A stretch of DNA of 63,946 nucleotides, filler included, from Octopus bimaculoides (GCF_001194135.2; 5 parts of 4 records of this genome joined end to end with filler, not necessarily neighbours in it), one strand, 5' to 3'; positions 24,705 through 37,146 are shown, counted from the first letter of the whole stretch. The notes: generated by a model not told the origin, from the sequence alone. Translations and numbers: made by a program.

Positions 24705-27119
24705 TATGTATCATATATGTACGTGTTATATATATAATTATTAAATTCAAATCTTAATTTTCATGGAGTATTTATAAAATAAAAATTTGGGGGCAATGCT
24801 ATAAAAAAAAATTCTTTAATTACATTTCCAACACGTATATTTTGAGGCGCTGTGAGGATACTGGACTGCTCACAAGAAAGTGTTTGCCTTAGTTAACGTC
24901 CCACCACCCTAAAATATCAGATGGTATTCAGGAAGGCGCCTGGCTGTTCCTACGCTTCGGCCTTGCAATCCCCGACGTAATTCCGTGAATGTTTAAAGGG
25001 GGTTGCAAAAAAAAACAAAAAAAAAATCGTGATCAAGGATCAAAAGCTCGAGTTTTCACATCCGTTTTCTGTATTTTCTAATTGCGCACTTGCAATCCAG
25101 TAACCATTATCGAAGGTGAAACAGAGATGAACTTAGATCATACAAATAATATATGAGGGATCTTTTTTAAAACGGGGGCCACATTTTTCATTAACGAAAC
25201 ACTTTGAAACTTGGAACACTGGTAGAATGTGTCATATAAAACATCTTTTTCTCTTAGTCTTCTTAAAAAAAAAAGAAATCCATAAATTATTCCATGTTAA
25301 AGTTGTCGTATTTCTGTAATTTCAACCAATCACTGACGTCCATTCAGCCGATATACATTAAGTGCCGACTACATAAACAAACGATTCTGAAACAATTAAC
25401 CCTAACCCTANNNNNNNNNNNNNNNNNNNNNNNNNNNNNNNNNNNNNNNNNNNNNNNNNNNNNNNNNNNNNNNNNNNNNNNNNNNNNNNNNNNNNNNNNN
25501 NNNNNNNNNNNNNNNNNNNNNNNNNNNNNNNNNNNNNNNNNNNNNNNNNNNNNNNNNNNNNNNNNNNNNNNNNNNNNNNNNNNNNNNNNNNNNNNNNNNN
25601 NNNNNNNNNNNNNNNNNNNNNNNNNNNNNNNNNNNNNNNNNNNNNNNNNNNNNNNNNNNNNNNNNNNNNNNNNNNNNNNNNNNNNNNNNNNNNNNNNNNN
25701 NNNNNNNNNNNNNNNNNNNNNNNNNNNNNNNNNNNNNNNNNNNNNNNNNNNNNNNNNNNNNNNNNNNNNNNNNNNNNNNNNNNNNNNNNNNNNNNNNNNN
25801 NNNNNNNNNNNNNNNNNNNNNNNNNNNNNNNNNNNNNNNNNNNNNNNNNNNNNNNNNNNNNNNNNNNNNNNNNNNNNNNNNNNNNNNNNNNNNNNNNNNN
25901 NNNNNNNNNNNNNNNNNNNNNNNNNNNNNNNNNNNNNNNNNNNNNNNNNNNNNNNNNNNNNNNNNNNNNNNNNNNNNNNNNNNNNNNNNNNNNNNNNNNN
26001 NNNNNNNNNNNNNNNNNNNNNNNNNNNNNNNNNNNNNNNNNNNNNNNNNNNNNNNNNNNNNNNNNNNNNNNNNNNNNNNNNNNNNNNNNNNNNNNNNNNN
26101 NNNNNNNNNNNNNNNNNNNNNNNNNNNNNNNNNNNNNNNNNNNNNNNNNNNNNNNNNNNNNNNNNNNNNNNNNNNNNNNNNNNNNNNNNNNNNNNNNNNN
26201 NNNNNNNNCAGGTTCAAAGAGCATGTCGCCTACACGCTAACACGCTTCTTCCACGCGAGCCTTGACTCTTTACCTTCCTCCGTCCACACGCTTATTGACA
26301 GGGTGTAAACAGACGGTTGTTTTAACAACTGAATAAAATCTGAAATAAGTTATCTTACGTATATCTTTTACTTGTTTTAATCATTAGACTGCCGCTCTGC
26401 TGGGGCATCGCCTTGAAGAATTTTTAGTCGAATGAACCGACCCCAGTACTTTTTCTCTTTTTTTTTTAAAGCCTGGTACTTATTCTATCGGTGTCTTTTG
26501 CCGAACCGCTAAGTTACAGGGACGTAAACACACCAACCAACACCGGTTGTCCAGTGGTAGTAGGGGACAAACACTGACACAGTCTCTCTCACGCTTTCTC
26601 TCTTTCCGTCCGCCAAATTCCTCGCTAGGCTGTAATAAGAGACGTTAGCCCGAGGTGCCATGTAGTGGAACTGAACCCGGAACCAAGTGGTTGGGAAGCA
26701 AGTTTCTTACCACACAATCACGCCTGCGCCTATGTTACTGACTATTTTCCATCACTTCATTCAATACATCTAATAATTATTTAGTGTTATCTCTGTTTTT
26801 ATTATTTATTTTTTATTTAATTTTTTTTATTTTTTCATTAAGTTTTCTTACTGTTCAGTTTTGTAAAGCCATTAATCCCATTTCCGTTTTGTTTGTTTTT
26901 TTAGTAAAAGTATTTTGTTTCTCTTTGCGTTTCTTCTATCCGCTATTGATATTAGCTGATATGAAATTCAGAAGATACGAAATAATGCCTTTTAGAATAA
27001 TTTTAGTCTTTACGAAAGTTATCAGTAAGAAAACAGAAATATCGGGAGCGTGTACGAATGTCCCTGTGACGCGAACGGCTTCTTCACGCCCCATTCTAGT
27101 ACCAACTCACTGTTAAACA

Positions 27120-27175
27120 GGTGTGAATTCCGATAAGAGGTGATGGCGGACCAATAACAAACACACGATGTGAGT
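27120..27175 (+). promoter_or_regulatory. Possible SIRT4 promoter / non-coding first exon ending at 27169
   Basis: The segment is CpG-containing, with YY1-like gatggcgg, CCAAT and a GAT|GTGAGT donor. A matching acceptor (pyrimidine tract, ttttaag) lies at 27611-27612 just before the coding exon. Confidence 0.35.
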
Positions 27176-27618
27176 TACCTCAAATTACACCCGGCTGTTA
27201 TGGGCTGTAAACTAACCTTAAGTTCAACGAAGCAGCGTGACAGAAGTACTTCTTTGTTCTATTTTTACACACAACGAGCAGGTCAAATTGAGATAAGTGA
27301 CAAATGTACAGGAATATGATGAAATGAAAACATTGTCAAAACATATATTTACATGTTTTCTTATAATGATAAGGTAATTCGTTGATAATTTATTTGTCTA
27401 TAGTCTAGTTAGACTATTTTACTCACGGCACGTGCAATCAAAATAAAACCATTAGGCTTGTTTTAAATATTTTGAATATTTAGTAAAAGTACAGCCTAAA
27501 CGTCATTGATTAACCCTTCCCGCAATTGGAAGACAACTCCAGGTTTTGTTGTGAGGAAGACATAGTTATTTCCCTTCTCTTCTTAATCAAAACGACTTTT
27601 GCTGTTTTTAAGTTTTCG

Positions 27619-28311
27619 ATGTTATGTAACGTACGAGCGGGCCCTGTTTATCGAACTAAAATGATCACCAGAGCAATCAAAGATACTTTCTGTGCGAATT
27701 TACTTTCTGTATTAAGAAACAATGATATATTCGTTTTCAAACGTTACCGAGGTATGTTCGTTCCCAAAAGCAAGGCTGTGGAAAACCGCCACCTTGATAT
27801 TATCAGGAATTTTCTGCAAAACAACAAAACGATAACAGTGCTGACGGGAGCAGGTGTTTCCACCGAAAGTGGAATTCCTGATTACCGATCCGAAGAAGTT
27901 GGGATGTATGCACGAAGTAACCATACGCCTATACGATACCAAGAGTTCCTTAAATATAGCGACCGGCGACAGCGATATTGGGCAAGAAACTTTGTTGCCT
28001 GGCCCCAGTTTTCTTCATTCCAGCCCAATATTATTCATTATATTCTATCGTCCTGGGAGAAATCTGGCCAGTTATACTGGTTAATCACACAAAATGTTGA
28101 TGCTTTACATTCAAAAGCTGGTAGTAAACGATTAACAGAACTGCACGGTTGTTCTCATCGTGTCCATTGTTTGTCTTGTCACATGAAGATGCCCCGCACT
28201 GAAATGCAAGTACTTTTAAACAACTTAAACTCTGACTGGCAAGCCGAGTACATTGCTATTGCTCCAGATGGTGATGTTCAGCTTGCTGATAAACTAGTGC
28301 AGTCATTCAAG
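27619..28311 (+). CDS. SIRT4: NAD-dependent sirtuin 4 (mitochondrial class II sirtuin), first coding exon
   Basis: Motifs LTGAGVSTESGIPDYRS, RQRYWARNF, LITQNVDALHSKAG, ELHG, CLSC and IAPDGDV are diagnostic of SIRT4/class II. The N-terminus is basic and presequence-like. The start is ATG 27619 or 27661. The exon ends AAG|GTAAGT (phase 0). The C-terminal part (second CxxC, KPDVVFFG, GSSL) was not found in the visible sequence. Confidence 0.95.
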
Positions 28312-28886
28312 GTAAGTATAAGCTTATAATGCAAATAAAACAATTCGATAGATGTTAGATTCCTAAACCGTTTCTGCCCTACAAATATTTGAAAACATTG
28401 CCTACATTTTTTTGTTCTAAAGTTTATCAAAATGCGAAAACTTTTGGTGGCGCGAGTTGTGTACTATCGAAATATATTTGTTGTTCATACACACTAGCAG
28501 TTATTTAATCACGGTCATTAACCACTTTCGTTATATAACCGAAACATTGCACGAACAAATCAATGTTATAAACAATGAGGGCAAGAGTATTCTGTGTGGT
28601 TGTTCAATTTGCTAAACAGTACAGCCAAATCTCCTTGAAATCAAACCTCGCAGTCTTAATAGAAGGATACCTTTGTTTGTATTGTTGCTGTTGTTTTTAC
28701 ATGACATAGAGAAGGAAGGGTAAAGCCCAAGGTTTTTTTTATAGGGTCTCCTAAATTAGGAGGAAGGAAGAGAGTTGTTTTAGAACTGGAAACGTAACCC
28801 GAATGTTTACAGAATGAACTCGGCTACAAGCACCAAAGATCCAGATCATATCGTTCAACAAAGTGACTTAATTATGTAAGTCTGGA

Positions 28887-29324
28887 GGTAGAGATGGACT
28901 ATATGTAATCTGAACCTTTCCCCCCATCCTTATTTTTTTTTTTTTACGGAATCCCACGTTTTAGGCTATGGAGATTCCGATTCTGAAAAAAAAAAATTTG
29001 AAAAATTTCAATCCACCCCCCCCACCAAGCAGGCTATTTACATGCTAGAAATAACAGCCAAATCTCACAACACTAGTGTTAGGGTTAGGTTTAGGGTTAG
29101 GGTCAGGGTTACGGTCAGGGTTAGGGTTAGGGTTTGAGTTAGGGTTAGGTTTACCCTGTGGATCTATATAAAAACCGGGGGGGGGGTCGAAATTTTGAAA
29201 TTGAGATTTTTGAAAAAAAATTTCCAAAATCGGATTCTCCATGGTCTGAAACATAGGATTCCGTAAAAAAAAAAATTTTAAAGGGTGGGGGGTATACCCA
29301 GATTACATATACTCCATCTCCACC
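28887..29324. mobile_element. Non-autonomous TIR element with long imperfect TIRs and an internal degenerate (TTAGGG)n tract
   Basis: Termini GGTAGAGATGG / CCATCTCCACC, with inverted similarity extending over 100 bp. Flanks are agtctgga / tgtctgga (7/8; alternatively a 6-bp gtctgg TSD). The telomere-like tract is at ~29088-29157. Confidence 0.85.
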
Positions 29325-29400
29325 TGTCTGGAAGAAGAAGATGTAACATGGTCAAGGCTTGGAATGCCTTGAATCATAGCTCTGCTCGATTAGGGCTTAC

Positions 29401-29635
29401 CTGGGACTATATAGCAACAACACACTGACATATATCTGGTGTAAGTTTCGGCCAGTATTCGCCAGAACCAAACATGTTTTATTAGCCCGCGTCGCGTTTT
29501 ATCACCACCACCACCATCATCATCTTCTTCTCCCATTGGCCAGCTCTGACGAGCAGACTTATAATCAAAACTGTTCCAGCCGTAACAACTCCATCTTTCA
29601 CCAGACATTAGATGCCTTCGACTACAATTATTCAA
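29401..29635 (-). promoter_or_regulatory. Candidate antisense promoter/first exon inside the SIRT4 intron
   Basis: The segment is CpG-rich, with ACTACAATT (SBS-like), CCAAT and a strong minus-strand donor CAG|GTAAGC at 29401/29400. The frame MGEEDDD...MSVCCCYIVP is open to the donor. Confidence 0.25.
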
Positions 29636-29650
29636 TGTATTATTCCTTTT

Positions 29651-29841
29651 GGTACTACTAAAGCAGAGTGGTCCCGAATGCGCACCCGCGCAGTTGTGAA
29701 TGGTCGATCCTACAAAAAGTGCGCGTGTTCAAAATGAATACGTGTGTTTAGGGTTAGGGATAGGATTAGGATCGACCACTCACGACTAGCTAGCGCGGAC
29801 GCGCGACTGCGCGTTCGGGACCACTCTGCTTTAGTAGTACA
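29651..29841. mobile_element. MITE with 33-bp TIRs and 9-bp TSD (Merlin/Mutator-like)
   Basis: gtactactaaagcagagtggtcccgaa(t/c)gcgca is inverted at both ends. TSD attcctttt at 29642-29650 and 29842-29850. There is an internal gggttaggg. Confidence 0.9.
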
Positions 29842-30543
29842 ATTCCTTTTTACTATTTTTAACACGATTGCATGATGTTGGAAGAAATTTTGGTTGCAAT
29901 TTCTAGCAGATCTATCGACCACATAGAGGCTCTCTTCTTGATATGTTTTACGTTTCCCTTAAATGTTTCATTGGGTCAGTGAGGACAACAACATCTATGG
30001 AATCATCTTATGTAACTTCACTGCTTCTACAAAACATCTATGTATTTATAACTTCAAGTTTTTAACTATATCCCAGATGGTTTATTGAATTATCGGTTCT
30101 ATTGCTGACTAACTAAACAAAACCGTACAAGTAAAGCATAAACAATGAATGTTTTAAAAATATAAGTGCAAGGTCAAAAATTTGAAGGAAAGAATTAGTC
30201 AATATAATTGATTAATAGTACTTTTAGAAACGCTGCTAAACATTTTGTCTGACACATTAACGAATTTGCCAGCTTGCCACTTTGATAATTCTTTCAAATT
30301 TTGGCACAAAGTCAGCAATTTTTTAGGGTAAGGGGTTAGTTTATTACATTGACCTCACCCTCTACCTTACCTGATATAGTATTCTGTTGACCTCTAAAGG
30401 ATGAAAAGCAAAGATGACTTTGGGAGATTAATTTTATTATTAACAACAACAATAATGATAATGGTTTCAAATTTTGGCACAAGGCCAGCAATTTTAGGGG
30501 AAGAGGTAAGTTGATATTGCCCTCAGTGCTCAGTTGGTACTTA

Positions 30544-32179
30544 TGTAACGGTTGATGTTTTTGTGTTGTGTAGTCGATGTATCACCCATTGTAACGATAA
30601 GTATTATTTACCAATTGTACTGGTTATAAGATGAATGATGAAGATGATCGACATTTTTATAGAAATATTTATTTACCGTTACTTTATATGTTGCCAAACC
30701 ACGACGGGTAGGCCAGTGTAATAGTACAACAGTTGGTGGACATTGGAATTAGACACTGAGGGAAAATGGCTGTAACTTTTTTATTTTTTAATTTTGACGA
30801 TTTTCGTTTTCGATAATGTGTTCTATATGTCACAGTCATGCGATTCCCCCTAAAATCNNNNNNNNNNNNNNNNNNNNNNNNNNNNNNNNNNNNNNNNNNN
30901 NNNNNNNNNNNNNNNNNNNNNNNNNNNNNNGGGGGGGGGGGTGATTTTAAAAATTTTAATTTGGTGATTTTCATTTTTGACATTGTGTTCTACATGTCCA
31001 GGTCGTACGAATAGCCTTCTCGCAACTTAGATGTGAAAATGAACGGCTTACATTTATATTGAAACAGAAAAAGGATCATATGTGGAGTCCCCACCACGAA
31101 ACTTGATATGCTAGAAATAACAGCTAAACGCGGACAATCCAAATCTTGCATTGGTCCAGATGGACTATATGTAAATAAATATGAAGGAAAAAATGCGCTT
31201 TGGCAAACGGGGTTAGGGTTAGGGTCGGGGTTAAGGTTAGGTTTTGAGTTAGGGTAAACCTAACCCTAACCAGATTTGGCTGTTATTTCTATCATGTAAA
31301 TAACCTGCTTGGTGAGGGGGTGGGTTGAAATTTTTCAAACAATTTTTTTTCAGAATCGGAATTTCCATAGCCTAAAACGTGGGATTCCGTAAAAATAAAT
31401 AAATAAGGGGGGGGGAAGGTTCAGATTACATATAGACCATCTGGACCTGCGGGTTAGGGTTAGGGTTACCCTAACCCTAACCCCGTTTGCCAAAGCGCAA
31501 TTTTTCCTTCATATTTATTTACATATAGTCCATCTGGACCAATGCAAAATTTGGATTGTCCGCGTTTAGCTGTTATTTCTAGCATATCAAGTTTCGTGGT
31601 GGGGACTCCACATATGATCCTTTTTCTGTTTCAATATAAATGTAAGCCGTTCATTTTCACATCTAAGTTGCGAGAAGGCTATTCGTACGACCTGGACATG
31701 TAGAACACAATGTCAAAAATGAAAATCGCCAGAAGCCCCCCCTCCCCCGTGAGTGGGGGGTTCAAAATTTTTTTTTAGGGGGAATCGCATGAACGTGACA
31801 TATAGAACACATTATCGAAAACGAAAATCGTCAAAATTAAAAAATAAAAAAGTTACAGCCATTTTCCCTCAGTGTCTAATTCCAATGTCCACCCAACAGT
31901 TTGTACGTAAATCATGCTGAGTAAAGAATTTCGGCCTGTATCTGTATGTACACTTTTTCATAGTAGTATTTATATAGAGAGAGATGGTAGTGTTAAAGAG
32001 AAAAGGATGCGAGCTCGTATGCCTGCTTGTGTCCATGGCTCTAGATGCCCAGTCGTCACCGACCGGTGACTAAAAAGAGGTCAGAAAAGGGTCAAGTGGT
32101 GGGGACACTGCTTCAGCCTAGCTAAAGGCATCTGGGACATATCTAACTGTTGTCAGATCAGAACCGTTGTTCCACCGCA
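30544..32179 (+). repeat. LTR-like repeat split by the foldback insertion; second diverged copy at ~34420-35076
   Basis: Three collinear blocks match: 30661-30712 with 34571-34625, 32020-32048 with 34822-34849, and 32073-32099 with 34975-34999. This copy has TG...CA ends. Confidence 0.6.
30724..31906. mobile_element. Foldback-type element with ~450-500-bp near-perfect inverted arms
   Basis: 30724-31225 (includes a 73-N gap) is the reverse complement of 31468-31906. The spacer contains TTAGGG tracts and a reversed piece of the 28887-29324 element. Confidence 0.9.
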
Positions 32180-32924
32180 GGAAAAGTTCTGACTCAGTGT
32201 TAATTCAAATTTGGGTATAGTGGATCGAATCCACTTCACGCCTGCAAGATCACTACACTTATTTTGCCAAATGGAAAAGGATGAAAAGCAAACTCAACCT
32301 TGGTGGCATTTGAATGCAAAACATAATGCCAGAAGAAATGTTGCTAAGCATTTTTTCCAGTGTGGTAATGACTCTGCTAGTTTGCCAACTTACAATAACA
32401 ACTATGATAATAATAATTCTTTCTACTATTGGCACAAGGCTTGAAATTTGACAGGATGGAGATGAGTTGATTACAGCAATGGCAGTGCCCAACTGGTACT
32501 TGTTTTATTGACCCTGACAATAATAATAATAATAATAATAACCCTTTCTATTATAGGCACAAGGCCTGAAATTTGGGGGAGAGGGATAGTCAATTATATC
32601 AACCTCAGTACTCAACTGGTACTTAAATTATTGACCCTGAAAGTAATAACAACTACATCATCATCATCGTTTAACATCCGCTTTCCATGCTAGCATGGGT
32701 TGGACGATTTGACTGAGGACTGGTGAAACCGGATGGCAACACGCACAAAAACGGCCACGCTCGAAATGGTGTCTTTTATGTGCCACCCGCACAAGAGCCA
32801 GTCCAGGGGCACTGGCAACGATCTNNNNNNNNNNNNNNNNNNNNNNNNNNNNNNNNNNNNNNNNNNNNTTAATTAATTAANNNNNNNNNNNNNNNNNNNN
32901 NNNNNNNNNNNNNNNNNNNNNNNN

Positions 32925-33248
32925 GGCGTCATAGGAAGGAATTCGTCTTATAGTGCGTCCAATGAACTTTGGAGGTGGTGGTGGGCTTACAGGAGTCTTA
33001 GCAGTTGTTTGTTTAGTTGTAGCTGCTTTTTCAGGTCTCACCACGGGTCGATCAGTCAGAGCAGCCTCTGGGTTCAAATTGAGCCTCCTCGCAGTTGCTA
33101 TTGGAGATTTGGGGATGATTTTCTTCTTTTTGAAAAGGGGAGTGTTTTGAAGTGATGGTGTAGTGCGTCCTTGGAAAGACTGTAAAGTGTTCTTGGATGG
33201 CGATGAGCTGGGTGACACCTTAGGTGAAAGTTGTGGGGCTGGATCAGT
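32925..33248 (-). CDS. Unannotated gene copy A, exon 2 (partial; runs into gap): TDPAPQLSPK...RRIPSYDA
   Basis: A long polypyrimidine tract and TAG acceptor lie at 33249-33250, followed by 108 open codons. The exon differs from copy B only at two synonymous third positions. It is phase-compatible with ATG|GT at 37147. Confidence 0.75.
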
Positions 33249-35749
33249 CTAGAAAACAGGAAAAAAGAAAGAGAAAGAAATAAATGCTACAGAATAATAA
33301 CATAAAGCCACAAAATAAAATGAAATAATAAAAATCATTATTGTCATGGATTATTATGGATTTGGCAGCATTGTAATTATTTCTAATTAACTTTTTAATA
33401 TAATACCCTGTATTAATTATATTAACACTAACTATCAATATGTCAATATATCACTGTCATCAATTATTTCTTGTAAGACAGTAAAGTTTATTTACAACTA
33501 GGATGTACACATATAAGTAAATAGACGCATACACACACACAACAGATTACTTTTCAGTTTTCTCAATCAAATTCATTCACAAGACACTAGCTAAAGGTAC
33601 CATACAATGGGATTGAACTCAAGCCATGTGATTACAAAGTGAACCTCTTAATTACTCACCCATGTCTGCACCCATAAACATATTACCTTTCCTTCTATCT
33701 TTCCCACCACATATTCTTAATGTCAGGTTTTTAATATACCCTGTACTAGATATTTTAACACTATGTGTCTGTGTGTCTCACCACAATTATTTCAAGTGAG
33801 TTTTATAATACACTCTGTATCTAAAATGTTAACATTAGCATAACTATGTCTGTTTGTCTGTGTGTCTTACCACACAATTATATACAATTAAATTCTTAAT
33901 GTTCTTGCATTTTGTTACTTAACAAAAATAAAGTAAAAAAACAAAGAGGTACACATACAAGTAAATACACACATATACAGACACACACATACACGTTTTG
34001 CTTTGAAACACCAGCTGTGTAGGTTTATATAGTGTGTTCATAAATTACTAGTACAATCTGATACAATAAATTCTGGACGTTGTAAACATAATTTATGAAC
34101 AGACTGTATAACGTTGTCAAAATTTATACAGGTTAAAATAGTATGCTGGCAGAATTGTTGCTGCACTGGGAAAAAAGCTTCGTGGCATTTCTTTTGACTT
34201 TACATTCTGAGTTCAAATGCTGCCAGGGTCGATTTTACCCTTCATCCTTTCAGGGTTGATAAAATAAGTACCTACTGAACACTGGGAGTGATGTAATTGA
34301 CTTACACTCTCCCCTACAGCAGCTGACCATGTGCCAAAATTTGAATCCAGTATTTTCTTAGGATTGCTAGAACATACAGAATAAATCGAGTTCAATACAT
34401 GAGTAGATATATTTTAATTTAATTGGCAGAAGTCAGAAAAGTGACTCAAGGGTTGAGAGTTTCATACGGTTGGTATTATGGTACATATTGGAGTTGGCAG
34501 TTAGTGATTATGACGAGTGTTGCTGTTGCAGATGTGCAAGATGAACGAAGAACAGTGACCAAAGTTGTAAAGAAATATTTATTTACCATTACTTTGTATA
34601 TATCCAAAACCACGACGAGTTGGTATGTATAATTAGTAAATGGAAAAGCATGCAAGGTAAAAAAGTTAATTTTGGCCGGTATGTGTGTACACATTCTCGT
34701 AGTAGTAATCCACAGATAGAGATAGAATGAAGTTGTAAGAGAAAAGAAACTGAGCTAGCGAAAATTATAGAGTCAAGGGATGTTGTGACCTTTCTCCCTC
34801 TGGGCGTTTGTCTTTAGTGGCTGCCTGCTTGTAGCCATGACTCTAGTTGGTCTCTGTTCACTAACTGATTTTGCCTTACCGAATTCTAGTATTTATAACT
34901 ATTGAAAACTAGTCAGAAAGATAGACATATTATTGAGAACAATAAATTATCTCAATTCTAACTTTTGGTGGCCAAGAAGAGGTAAGAAGGGTCAAGTGGA
35001 AAAGACATAATTCCAGTTAGCGAAGGTATTTGGAAGTAGCTGTTCTCACTCACAGAAAAAAACTATTGTTTTACCATGAGAAAAGTGAAATTTGGAGATC
35101 AAACATCGAATCCATGCCATGCCTGCATGAAGCCACAACACACTTATCAAATTGGCCTGATAAGTACCATGCATAACACCTTTGGCCTTTCAGTCACTCT
35201 TGTAACTTCTGGCAATTACCTACCTACCTACACACATACATACACACACGTATATATAGTGAGAACTCACAAGGCTTTGATCGGCCTGAGGCTATAGTAG
35301 AAGACACTTGCCAAAGGTGCCACACAGTGGGACTGAACCTGGAGCCATGTGGTTAGGAAACAAGCTCCTTATCACACAGCCACTCCTCTGCCTATTATTT
35401 TAAAGTTTTGTTGTTTTAAGTTTTTACTATTTTGGAATGAAGAACACAAACATGTGCTGAGCCAGTGACAAAACTTGTAGTATTTTGTTGAGATTAATCC
35501 AATGAATTGACAGCAAGGTAATTGCTTCTATCAGAATCGTTTACCTTTAAAGTAAAAAAAAACAAAAAAAACAAGACCGACGTATAGGACAAGTATGTAA
35601 AATATATTTGTGTACTTCTTTCTCTGTCCATTTGGATAAGCTGTAGAAATTGTTGCACATGTGCACACACAAACACTAAAATTCTCCAGACATTTAGCTG
35701 TTATTTTTAGCATATCGAGTTTCGTGGTGAGTGCTTCACATGCCGATCT

Positions 35750-36540
35750 GGTACATTTTGGTTATCTCACCCCCATTAAAAAATTGGGTTATTCCCCCAC
35801 CGCGTTTTACGAGAAATATCAGTACTTTTGGTTATCACCTTCAACTAAAAAAAATTGCTTAACCCTCAATACAAGGGAAAAAAAAAGAAAAAAATTAATA
35901 AACATAAAAACTGAAACGATGAAACATCATTTTCAATCTGATAATATTTTCATAAGAAATCATACAAAACTGAAAAAAATGGAAGGAATTTCAACCATGT
36001 TTCGTGGTCTGCTACCACAACAGCTCCTTTATAGGATCCAGTTAGCTCAAGACATCATCAGGAGGAACTACGTCCGGTTTCGGCCCCTACTCCTCTACCG
36101 TTTTGACGTGGCGGGGCCCCTTCCTTTCGGAGGTGTCTTCAGCTCTGGTGTTGGGTGCATGTCTTCTTTCACTGTTTGTGACTGTTCTAATTCAACTGTG
36201 GAATGTCCCTCGCTATGGTTATTTTCCAGGAGGTTCTGGCCACACGTCTTACGGTTCATCAACCCGCGTTGTTGAATTACTTTCTTCTGACATACCTTCC
36301 CTTGGTGGATTAGGAAAAAACATGAAAACTGAAAGAATTAAACATTTTAATGAATCTGATGTCTTTTATAACAAATCATACAATGCCTGTCGAGGAGGCC
36401 AAACGTCAACAATGTGTTGAAGTATAGGAATCCAAAGGATCTAACTCTTTTAATCCAATCTCTTGTGGCCACATTAACTCGATTTTTTATTGGGGAGGTA
36501 ACCCCATTTTTTAATGGGAGTAAGATAACCAAAAAATACC
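35750..36540. mobile_element. 791-bp TIR element (GGTAC terminus, ~50-bp TIRs) with a GC-richer internal cargo
   Basis: ggtacattttggttatctcacccccattaaaaaattgggttattccccca matches the reverse complement of 36491-36540. No TSD was found and no transposase motif was recognised. Confidence 0.75.
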
Positions 36541-37146
36541 ACCTAGAGATTAACCGAATTTTTTTAGTAGTATGATGGCAAGTCACATCTCATGCGGCCC
36601 ACAACTCGAAAAAGGTTGTCCATGCCTGATCTACCAATTCTGCTGGCTTTTCAAAATTCTTAACTCATATACAAGGAATTTCGAAAACTTGGAATTAGTA
36701 AACAATACCATTATTCGTTTCGGTGATTTTTATCACCCCCCCTCCACACCATTATCATTATTTTTTTTAATACATTTCACTTGTTTTAGAAATTTACCAG
36801 ACTTGGTAATTTGCAAAATAAAATTCCTGACAAAGTGATCTGATAATGCACGTGTGTGTGCGTGTATGTAGTGCTGAAGTGTAGCACTTTATTTGTTTGT
36901 AACGAAGCAACTTAATTACGAATGAAATTTATGAATGGAATTCACGAGACAAAAGAAAGCGAGATTACTGAATTCTTATTGATTTAATTCGCAATTGAGT
37001 TTTAGCCTATATATATTCCATTACAGTTATATCAATATACAAATGTGAAATAATGTAGACATTAATGTCTATATGAAATAATAAAGCTCATAATCAATCG
37101 TAATAAACGAAATATCGATTTAAGATAGTCGTAAGTAATAACTTAC

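Noticed and set aside
27526-27618. N-terminal extension MEDNSRFCC... of the SIRT4 ORF
   Set aside because: It starts at TTG, not ATG, and lies upstream of a plausible acceptor at 27611-27612. It is more likely intron or UTR read-through of the open frame.
29088-31483. TTAGGG tracts as a telomere or chromosome-fusion site
   Set aside because: The tracts are short, degenerate and enclosed within TIR elements.
36060-36090. KPDVV peptide resembling the missing SIRT4 KPDVVFFG motif
   Set aside because: It is on the wrong (minus) strand, continues PPDD rather than FFG, and lies inside a TIR element.
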